The notes beneath the pieces were generated by a model. The model was not told where the DNA came from, ran no database searches, and saw nothing but the letters and a program-made list of their open reading frames with translations. The translations under genes were made by a program, and so were the position numbers. DNA of 63,281 nucleotides, filler included, from Callorhinchus milii (taxonomy: Eukaryota): NCBI RefSeq assembly GCF_018977255.1. It is 2 parts of 2 records of this genome, joined end to end, with 100 filler letters (N's around TTAATTAATTAA, not from the genome) between each part and the next. Parts side by side here need not be neighbours in the genome. Positions count along the whole stretch, not along the records: positions 1 to 31,598 come from NW_024705613.1; positions 31,699 to 63,281 come from NW_024705614.1. The stretch is one strand, 5' to 3'. Shown here piece after piece: positions 28,347 through 37,022 of this stretch; within the stretch, counting starts at the first letter, position 1; every line of letters begins with the position of its first letter.

Positions 28347-31300
28347 GTGGCCCGGATGTGGCCCGGATGTGGCCCGGATGTGGCCCGGATGTGGCCCGGA
28401 TGTGGCCCGGATGTGGCCCGGATGTGGCCCGGATGTGGCCCGGATGTGGCCCGGATGTGGCCCGGATGTGGCCCGGATGTGGCCCGGATGTGGCCCGGAT
28501 GTGGCCCGGATGTGGCCCGGATGTGGCCCGGATGTGGCCCGGATGTGGCCCGGATGTGGCCCGGATGTGGCCCGGATGTGGCCCGGATGTGGCCCGGATG
28601 TGGCCCGGATGTGGCCCGGATGTGGCCCGGATGTGGCCCGGATGTGGCCCGGATGTGGCCCGGATGTGGCCCGGATGTGGCCCGGATGTGGCCCGGATGT
28701 GGCCCGGATGTGGCCCGGATGTGGCCCGGATGTGGCCCGGATGTGGCCCGGATGTGGCCCGGATGTGGCCCGGATGTGGCCCGGATGTGGCCCGGATGTG
28801 GCCCGGATGTGGCCCGGATGTGGCCCGGATGTGGCCCGGATGTGGCCCGGATGTGGCCCGGATGTGGCCCGGATGTGGCCCGGATGTGGCCCGGATGTGG
28901 CCCGGATGTGGCCCGGATGTGGCCCGGATGTGGCCCGGATGTGGCCCGGATGTGGCCCGGATGTGGCCCGGATGTGGCCCGGATGTGGCCCGGATGTGGC
29001 CCGGATGTGGCCCGGATGTGGCCCGGATGTGGCCCGGATGTGGCCCGGATGTGGCCCGGATGTGGCCCGGATGTGGCCCGGATGTGGCCCGGATGTGGCC
29101 CGGATGTGGCCCGGATGTGGCCCGGATGTGGCCCGGATGTGGCCCGGATGTGGCCCGGATGTGGCCCGGATGTGGCCCGGATGTGGCCCGGATGTGGCCC
29201 GGATGTGGCCCGGATGTGGCCCGGATGTGGCCCGGATGTGGCCCGGATGTGGCCCGGATGTGGCCCGGATGTGGCCCGGATGTGGCCCGGATGTGGCCCG
29301 GATGTGGCCCGGATGTGGCCCGGATGTGGCCCGGATGTGGCCCGGATGTGGCCCGGATGTGGCCCGGATGTGGCCCGGATGTGGCCCGGATGTGGCCCGG
29401 ATGTGGCCCGGATGTGGCCCGGATGTGGCCCGGATGTGGCCCGGATGTGGCCCGGATGTGGCCCGGATGTGGCCCGGATGTGGCCCGGATGTGGCCCGGA
29501 TGTGGCCCGGATGTGGCCCGGATGTGGCCCGGATGTGGCCCGGATGTGGCCCGGATGTGGCCCGGATGTGGCCCGGATGTGGCCCGGATGTGGCCCGGAT
29601 GTGGCCCGGATGTGGCCCGGATGTGGCCCGGATGTGGCCCGGATGTGGCCCGGATGTGGCCCGGATGTGGCCCGGATGTGGCCCGGATGTGGCCCGGATG
29701 TGGCCCGGATGTGGCCCGGATGTGGCCCGGATGTGGCCCGGATGTGGCCCGGATGTGGCCCGGATGTGGCCCGGATGTGGCCCGGATGTGGCCCGGATGT
29801 GGCCCGGATGTGGCCCGGATGTGGCCCGGATGTGGCCCGGATGTGGCCCGGATGTGGCCCGGATGTGGCCCGGATGTGGCCCGGATGTGGCCCGGATGTG
29901 GCCCGGATGTGGCCCGGATGTGGCCCGGATGTGGCCCGGATGTGGCCCGGATGTGGCCCGGATGTGGCCCGGATGTGGCCCGGATGTGGCCCGGATGTGG
30001 CCCGGATGTGGCCCGGATGTGGCCCGGATGTGGCCCGGATGTGGCCCGGATGTGGCCCGGATGTGGCCCGGATGTGGCCCGGATGTGGCCCGGATGTGGC
30101 CCGGATGTGGCCCGGATGTGGCCCGGATGTGGCCCGGATGTGGCCCGGATGTGGCCCGGATGTGGCCCGGATGTGGCCCGGATGTGGCCCGGATGTGGCC
30201 CGGATGTGGCCCGGATGTGGCCCGGATGTGGCCCGGATGTGGCCCGGATGTGGCCCGGATGTGGCCCGGATGTGGCCCGGATGTGGCCCGGATGTGGCCC
30301 GGATGTGGCCCGGATGTGGCCCGGATGTGGCCCGGATGTGGCCCGGATGTGGCCCGGATGTGGCCCGGATGTGGCCCGGATGTGGCCCGGATGTGGCCCG
30401 GATGTGGCCCGGATGTGGCCCGGATGTGGCCCGGATGTGGCCCGGATGTGGCCCGGATGTGGCCCGGATGTGGCCCGGATGTGGCCCGGATGTGGCCCGG
30501 ATGTGGCCCGGATGTGGCCCGGATGTGGCCCGGATGTGGCCCGGATGTGGCCCGGATGTGGCCCGGATGTGGCCCGGATGTGGCCCGGATGTGGCCCGGA
30601 TGTGGCCCGGATGTGGCCCGGATGTGGCCCGGATGTGGCCCGGATGTGGCCCGGATGTGGCCCGGATGTGGCCCGGATGTGGCCCGGATGTGGCCCGGAT
30701 GTGGCCCGGATGTGGCCCGGATGTGGCCCGGATGTGGCCCGGATGTGGCCCGGATGTGGCCCGGATGTGGCCCGGATGTGGCCCGGATGTGGCCCGGATG
30801 TGGCCCGGATGTGGCCCGGATGTGGCCCGGATGTGGCCCGGATGTGGCCCGGATGTGGCCCGGATGTGGCCCGGATGTGGCCCGGATGTGGCCCGGATGT
30901 GGCCCGGATGTGGCCCGGATGTGGCCCGGATGTGGCCCGGATGTGGCCCGGATGTGGCCCGGATGTGGCCCGGATGTGGCCCGGATGTGGCCCGGATGTG
31001 GCCCGGATGTGGCCCGGATGTGGCCCGGATGTGGCCCGGATGTGGCCCGGATGTGGCCCGGATGTGGCCCGGATGTGGCCCGGATGTGGCCCGGATGTGG
31101 CCCGGATGTGGCCCGGATGTGGCCCGGATGTGGCCCGGATGTGGCCCGGATGTGGCCCGGATGTGGCCCGGATGTGGCCCGGATGTGGCCCGGATGTGGC
31201 CCGGATGTGGCCCGGATGTGGCCCGGATGTGGCCCGGATGTGGCCCGGATGTGGCCCGGATGTGGCCCGGATGTGGCCCGGATGTGGCCCGGATGTGGCC

Positions 31301-31598
31301 CGGATGTGGCCCGGATGTGGCCCGGATGTGGCCCGGATGTGGCCCGGATGTGGCCCGGATGTGGCCCGGATGTGGCCCGGATGTGGCCCGGATGTGGCCC
31401 GGATGTGGCCCGGATGTGGCCCGGATGTGGCCCGGATGTGGCCCGGATGTGGCCCGGATGTGGCCCGGATGTGGCCCGGATGTGGCCCGGATGTGGCCCG
31501 GATGTGGCCCGGATGTGGCCCGGATGTGGCCCGGATGTGGCCCGGATGTGGCCCGGATGTGGCCCGGATGTGGCCCGGATGTGGCCCGGATGTGGCCC
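28347..31598 (-). repeat. Inverted 11-mer satellite (GTGGCCCGGAT)n, about 295 copies, running to the contig end
   Basis: Exact reverse complement of the left array unit. Confidence 0.99.
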
Positions 31599-31698
31599 NN
31601 NNNNNNNNNNNNNNNNNNNNNNNNNNNNNNNNNNNNNNNNNNTTAATTAATTAANNNNNNNNNNNNNNNNNNNNNNNNNNNNNNNNNNNNNNNNNNNN
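31599..31698. other. Artificial 100-bp contig-joining spacer (N44-TTAATTAATTAA-N44)
   Basis: Symmetric N runs around a linker with stops in all six frames. The flanking contigs are 31,598 and 31,583 bp, consistent with length-sorted concatenation. Confidence 0.95.
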
Positions 31699-31703
31699 CT
31701 TAC

Positions 31704-31992
31704 CGTCACCGCACCAGCACCGCCACCATCACCGCCACCATCGCCGTCGCGTGGACGGAGGAAGAGGAGCTCCCGTCGCTGACGGGGAGCGTAGTCACAG
31801 GCGAGGGTGGGGAGGCGCGGGAGGTGGGTGGGGTTGGTAGTGGTGGTTGGGGTGGGTGGTAGTAGAGGGGGTGGGTGGGTGGTGGTGGTGGGTGGGTTGG
31901 TGGTGGTTGGGGTGATGATGGTGGTGGTTGGGGTGGTGGTAGTAGAGGGGTGGTGGGGGTGGTGGTGGTGGGTGGGGTGGTGGTGGTGTTGG
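31704..31992 (-). CDS. Putative exon: Thr/Pro-rich mucin-like stalk ending in a hydrophobic segment (TM start or GPI signal)
   Basis: Polypyrimidine tract and TAG acceptor at 31995-31993, phase 1 start [11 protein letters not shown]. One frame near the end reads [40 protein letters not shown]. The frame across the repeat is uncertain and the contig ends here. Confidence 0.5.
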
Positions 31993-32059
31993 CTACGAGA
32001 GCGGAAGATACGGGGAGACAGAGACAGACACAGACAGAGAGACACAGAGAGACAGTCTA

Positions 32060-32790
32060 TGTCTGTGTGTGTGTCTGTGTGTGTTAGTCTGTGTGTGTGT
32101 GTGTGTCTGTGTGCGTGTCTGTGTGTCTGTGTGTGTCTGTGTGTGTCTGCGTGTGTGTGTGTGTGTGTGTGCGTGTGTGTCTGTGTGTGTCTGTGTGTGT
32201 GTGTGTCTGTGTGTCTGTGTGCGTGTGTGTGTGTGCGTGTGTGTCTGTGTGTGTGTCTGTGTGTGTGTGTCTGTGTGTGTGTGTGTCTGTGTGCGTGTCT
32301 GTGTGCGTGTGTGTCTGTGTGCGTGTGTGTCTGTGTGTGTGTCTGTGTGCGTGTGTGTCTGTGTGCGTGTGTTTCTGTGTGCGTGTGTGTCTGTGTGTGT
32401 GTCTGTGTACGTGTCTGTGTGCGTGTGTGTGTGCGTGTCTATGTGTGTGTCTCTGTGTGTGTCTCTGTGTGTATGTCTGTGTGTGTGTCTGTGTGTGTGT
32501 CTCAAGTGTGTGTATTCTGTGTGTGTATGTCTGTGTGTGTCTCTGTGTGTGTCTCTGTGTGTGTGTCTCTGTGTGTGTGTGTCTGTGTAAGTGTCTGTGT
32601 GAGTGTCTGTGTGTGGGTCTGTGTGTGTCACTGTGTGTGTGTCTGTGTGTGTCACTGTGTGTGTGTGTCTCTGTGTGTGTGTCTGTGTGTGTCTGTGTGT
32701 GTGTATGTGTGTGTCTCTGTGTATCTGTGTGTGTCTCTCTGTGTGTCTGTTTGTGTGTGTCTGTGTGTGTCTCTGTGTGTGTGTGTGTGG
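32060..32790. repeat. Degenerate (GT)n/(GTGTCT)n microsatellite, intronic
   Basis: Read directly. Confidence 0.95.
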
Positions 32791-32835
32791 TCTGAGGTGG
32801 AGAGAGAGAGAGGTGGTGAGGTGAGCGTCGCTCAC

Positions 32836-32987
32836 AGCTAACGGTGAGCAGGGCGTACGCCGTGGGGGTCTCCAGGCTGAAGAGGGAGCAGCTGTAGAGC
32901 CCCTGGTCCCCGTGGTGACGCGGGAGATGGTGACGTCCAGCCGGGTGGAGTTCTAGTGCAGCAGAGAGACACGCGGGTCTGTGTGGG
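32836..32987 (-). CDS. Exon: C-terminal half of a CADM/CRTAM-like V-type Ig domain, with one stop and one 1-nt frameshift
   Basis: CAG acceptor and GTGAG donor. Reconstructed as AHTDPRVSLLH*NSTRLDVTISRVTTG/DQGLYSCSLFSLETPTAYALLTV, containing the DxGxYxC motif. TAG at 32955-32953; one base missing in the run at 32908-32911. Confidence 0.75.
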
Positions 32988-33112
32988 CTGAGACACGGAG
33001 ACACAGAGAGACACAGAGAGACACGGACACACAGAGAGAGAGACAGAGAGACACGCGGGTCTGTGTGGGCTGAGACACGGAGACACAGAGAGACACAGAG
33101 AGACACTGAGAA

Positions 33113-33143
<31 letters not shown>

Positions 33144-33203
33144 CAGAGAGAGACACTGAGACAGAAAAGACACAGACAGAGAGACAGAGAGAGACACTGA
33201 GAC

Positions 33204-33234
<31 letters not shown>

Positions 33235-33450
33235 CACGCGGGTCTGTGTGGGCTGAACACGGAGACACGGAGACAGAGAGAGACACAGAGACAGAGAGAG
33301 ACAGAGACAGAGAGACGCGCGGGTCTGTGTGGGCTGAGACACGGAGAGAGAGAGACAGAGAGACAGAGAGAGAGAGAGCAGAGAGAGACAGAGACGCAGA
33401 AAGAGAGAGAGACAGAGAGACAGAGAGACAGACAGAGAGAGACAGACAGG
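32988..33450. repeat. (GA/CA)-rich intronic repeat carrying three extra copies of the exon-start motif
   Basis: acgcgggtctgtgtgggctga recurs at ~33054, ~33236 and ~33318, besides the copy at the real exon start. Confidence 0.85.
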
Positions 33451-33457
33451 CGCTCAC

Positions 33458-33610
33458 CCTTGACGCTCTGGAAGTAGAGTGTCTGCCCGTGAGGGTTGCT
33501 CCACTGGATTGCGTCAGAGTCTGGATTGTCCGACACTACGCAGCGTAGAGTGGCCGTGTCTCCCTCGCACACCGCATCTCCCGTGGCCCACACGGAGATC
33601 GCAGCAGCAG
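33458..33610 (-). CDS. Exon: N-terminal half of a CADM/CRTAM (nectin-like) V-type Ig domain
   Basis: 153 nt, phase 1-1, canonical AG/GT. AAAISVWATGDAVCEGDTATLRCVVSDNPDSDAIQWSNPHGQTLYFQSVK matches the CADM pattern EGxxAxxxC...xQWxNPxxQTxYF. Confidence 0.85.
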
Positions 33611-33659
33611 CTGCACGGGAGAGACACGGGGAGAGACAGAGACACGGGGAGAGAGACAC

Positions 33660-34233
33660 TCACCCACTCACCCCCACTCACTCACCCACTCACTCAACCA
33701 CTCACCCACTTACCCACTCACTCAACCACTCACTCAACCACTCACCCACTCACTCACCCACTCACTCAAACCACTCACACACCCACTCACTCACCCACTC
33801 ACTCACCCACTCACTTAACCCATTCACACACCCACTCACTCACTCACCCACTCAGCCACCCACCTACTCACTCACTCACCCACTCACTCACTCACCCACC
33901 CACCCACTTACCCACTCACTCACCCACTCACTCACCCACCCACTCAGCCACTCACTCACTCACCCACTCACCCACTCACTCACTCACTCACTCACTGAAC
34001 CCTCTCACACTCACTCACCCACTCACTCACTCACCCACCCACCCACTCACACACTCACTCACTCACTCACCCACCCAATCACCCACCACTCACTCAACCA
34101 CTCACTCACGCACTCACCGACCCACTCACTCACCCACCAACTCACTCAACCACTCACACATCCACTCACTCACCCACCCACTCAACCACTCACCCACTCA
34201 CTCACTCACCCACTCACTCACACACCCACTCAC
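33660..34233. repeat. (CACT/CACC)n microsatellite, intronic
   Basis: Read directly. Confidence 0.95.
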
Positions 34234-34396
34234 CCACGGCGCTGTGTGGTGGAGGGACGGAGACACAGGACAGTGGAGACCACTCCCCTGTCTTCCACCG
34301 GGGGTAGTCAGCCACGATTCTCACGCGGACGCAGTATTCAACCTCGCCTCCAGACGGGGGCACGGCGTGGTGGTAGCGACATCCCACAAAGTGATC
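34234..34396 (-). CDS. Exon: C-terminal half of the second FN3 domain of a class II cytokine receptor
   Basis: 163 nt, phase 0-1, CAG acceptor and GTGAGT donor. DHFVGCRYHHAVPPSGGEVEYCVRVRIVADYPRWKTGEWSPLSCVSVPPPHSAV has the class II YCVxV...WS...CV signature. Absent from the ORF track. Confidence 0.85.
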
Positions 34397-34459
34397 CTGG
34401 CAGCATTAGTAGTAACATCATTATAGTAGTAGCAGCATTAGTAGTAGTAGCAGCATCAT

Positions 34460-34792
34460 CACCCACCCACCCACTCACCCACCCACCCACCCACTCACCC
34501 ACCCACCACCCACTCACCCACCCACCCACCCACTCAACTCACCCACCCACGCACCCACTCACCCACCCACTCACCCACCCACCCACTCACCCACCCACCC
34601 ACTCACCCACTCACCCACTCACCCACCCACCCACTCACCCACTCACCCACTCACCCACCCACCCACTCACCACCCACCCACTCACCCACCCACCCACCCA
34701 CCCACTCACCTACCCACCGACTCACCCACTCACCCACCCAGTCACCCACTCACCCACCGACTCACTCACCCACTCACCCACCCACCACCCAC
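34460..34792. repeat. (CACC/CACT)n microsatellite, intronic
   Basis: Read directly. Confidence 0.95.
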
Positions 34793-35366
34793 CCTCATCG
34801 TGCTGGTAGTGCCGCCCCCCCTCGTGGAGATCTCTGCCTCCTGGTGGTGCACCACGTCGCCAAGCGCCATTCTCCTCCTCCACGCACTCCTCATGGAGAT
34901 CCCCACGGAGAGCTCCCACCACTCCGCCGCCTCCTCCTCATCATCATCATCATCGTCGTCATCATCGTCATCATCGTCGTCATCGTCGTGGTCACCGTCG
35001 TCATCGCTGTGGTGGTTGTTGACACGGTCCACATCATCATCATCGTCACCGTCACCGTGATCATCGTCGTCGTCACCGTCACCGTCGTCACCGTCACCGT
35101 CATCATCAGCGACGTCACCGTCATCATCGTCATCGCTGTGGTGGTTGTTGACACGGTCCACACCATCAGCGACGTCACCGTCATCATCATCGTCGTCGTC
35201 GTCATCATCGTCATCGTCGTAGTCATCTTTGTGGTCGTCATCGTCTTCGTAGCCCTCATCCTCATGACGGCACTCCTCCTCCTCATCATCATCATCGTCA
35301 TCGTCACTGTCCTCCTCCGTCGATTTCTTGTGCAGCATCAAGGTGACAGTGGAGCACTCAGCACGG
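34793..35366 (-). CDS. Exon: N-terminal half of the second FN3 domain with a long Asp/Glu insertion; needs +1 nt near 35351
   Basis: Acceptor at 35369-35367 and donor at 34792. Reads (T)VLSAP/TVTLMLHKK-[D/E-rich]-WWELSVGISMR...TMR. Phase 1-0, as expected for this exon, once one base is restored in CC(C). Confidence 0.65.
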
Positions 35367-35407
35367 CTGAGACACGGGGGGGGGGGGGGGGTGGGTGGTG
35401 GGCAGGG

Positions 35408-35553
35408 GTGAGTGAGACGTCATCTCACTCACCTGGTGAGGAGATGACGTCATCTCACTCACCTGGTGAGGAGATGACGTCATCTCACTCACCTGGTGAG
35501 GAGATGATGTCATCTCACTCACCTGGTGAGGAGATGACGTCATCTCACTCACC
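35408..35553. repeat. 30-bp minisatellite, about 5 units, with palindromic core GAGATGACGTCATCTC
   Basis: Unit acctggtgaggagatgacgtcatctcactc. Confidence 0.95.
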
Positions 35554-35589
35554 CCCCTAGCCTGAACAGACTGTTGGTGCAAGAGGAGC

Positions 35590-36358
35590 ACACAGAGACA
35601 CTCACACACAGAGACACACACACACACAGAGACACACACAGAGACACTCACACACAGAGAGAGACACACACACACAGAGACACACACAGAGACACACACA
35701 CACAGAGACACTCACACACACAGAGACACTCACACACACAGAGACACTCACACACACAGAGACACTCACACACACAGAGACACACACACAGAGACACTCA
35801 CACACAGACACACACACACACAGAGACACACAGAGACACAGACACACACACAGACACACACAGAGACACTCACACACACTCACACACACACAGAGACACT
35901 CACACACAGAGACACACACACACACACACACACAGAGACACTCACCCAGAGAGACACACACACACACAGAGACACACACAGAGACACACACAGAGACACT
36001 CACAGAGACACTCACAGAGACACTCACACACAGAGACACTCACAGAGACACACAGAGACACTCACAGAGACACTCACAGAGACACTCACATACACAGAGA
36101 CACACACACCCAGAAACACTCACACACAGACACACACACACACAGAGACACACAGAGACACACACACAGACACACACACAGACACACACAGAGACACTCA
36201 CACACACTCACACACACACACACAGACACATACAGACACACTCACACACAGAGACACTCACAGAAACACACACAGACAGACACACACACACAGAGACACT
36301 CACACACAGAGACACACACACACAGAGACACACACAGTCACACACAGAGACACAGACA
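35590..36358. repeat. (CA)n/(CAGAGA)n compound microsatellite, intronic
   Basis: Read directly. Confidence 0.95.
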
Positions 36359-36369
36359 ATGCCACTCAC

Positions 36370-36557
36370 TTGTCTTCAAGGGTAAGACCTCAACCACGAC
36401 CCAGGGTGAGGATGATGGTGGTGTTGGTGGTGGTGATAAGACGGTGGATCTGACGCGAAGTTGATAGCGGTCGCCGGGATGTCGCAGCGCTGAGGAGACA
36501 TCGCACCGTGTCTCTGCGGTGGCAGCGCAGACGGTCCGCCAGCGGGCTCGTCCATAG
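36370..36557 (-). CDS. Exon: C-terminal half of the first FN3 domain of a class II cytokine receptor (IFN/IL-10 receptor/tissue factor family)
   Basis: 188 nt, phase 2-1, CAG acceptor and GTGAGT donor. YGRARWRTVCAATAETRCDVSSALRHPGDRYQLRVRS...SSPWVVVEVLPLKT fits YG..W...C.......CD.S.....Y..RVR....S.W....P. Confidence 0.88.
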
Positions 36558-36589
36558 CTGCACAGACAGAGACACGGGGAGGAGGAGGT

Positions 36590-37022
36590 GAGGAGTGGGT
36601 GTGTGAGTGGGTGGGCAAGCGGGTGAGTGGGTGAATGAGAGAGTGGGTGAGTGAGTGGGTGAGTGAGTGAGAGAGAGAGTGAGAGAGTGAGTGAGTGAGT
36701 GGGTGAGTGAGTGAGTGGGTAAGTGAGCAAGCGGGTGAGTGGGCAAGTGAGAGAGTGGGTGGGTAAGTGGGTGAGTGGGTGGGTGGGTGAGTGAGTGAGA
36801 GAGAGAGTGAGAGAGTGGGTGAGTGAGTGGGTGAGTGAGTGAGTGGAGAGAGAGTGAGAGAGTGGGTGAGTGAGTGGGTGAGTGAGTGAGTGGGTAAGTG
36901 AGCAAGCGGGTGAGTGGGCGAGTGAGTGAGTGGGTGGGTAAGTGGGTGAGTGGGTGGGTGGGTGAGTGAGTGGGCAAGTGAGAGAGTGGGTGAGTGAGTG
37001 GGTGAGTAAGTGGGTGGGTGAG
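36590..37022. repeat. (GAGT/GGGT)n microsatellite
   Basis: Read directly; abuts LTR1. Confidence 0.95.

Noticed and set aside
14..31654. Giant ORFs of about 8,500 and 1,100 aa (HIRATSGPHPG / MWPGCGPDVAR repeats)
   Set aside because: A GC-rich 11-mer with no stop codon opens all six frames automatically. There is no codon-level variation or other sign of coding, and no reverse transcriptase on this contig to suggest a templated never-ending ORF.
31599..31698. Physical linkage between the satellite palindrome and the receptor/LTR region
   Set aside because: They are separated by an artificial spacer, so adjacency carries no biological information.
31807..36977. VC-, HT-, LS- and THP-rich ORFs
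   Set aside because: Translations of microsatellites. Only the short spliced exons inside them have domain signatures.
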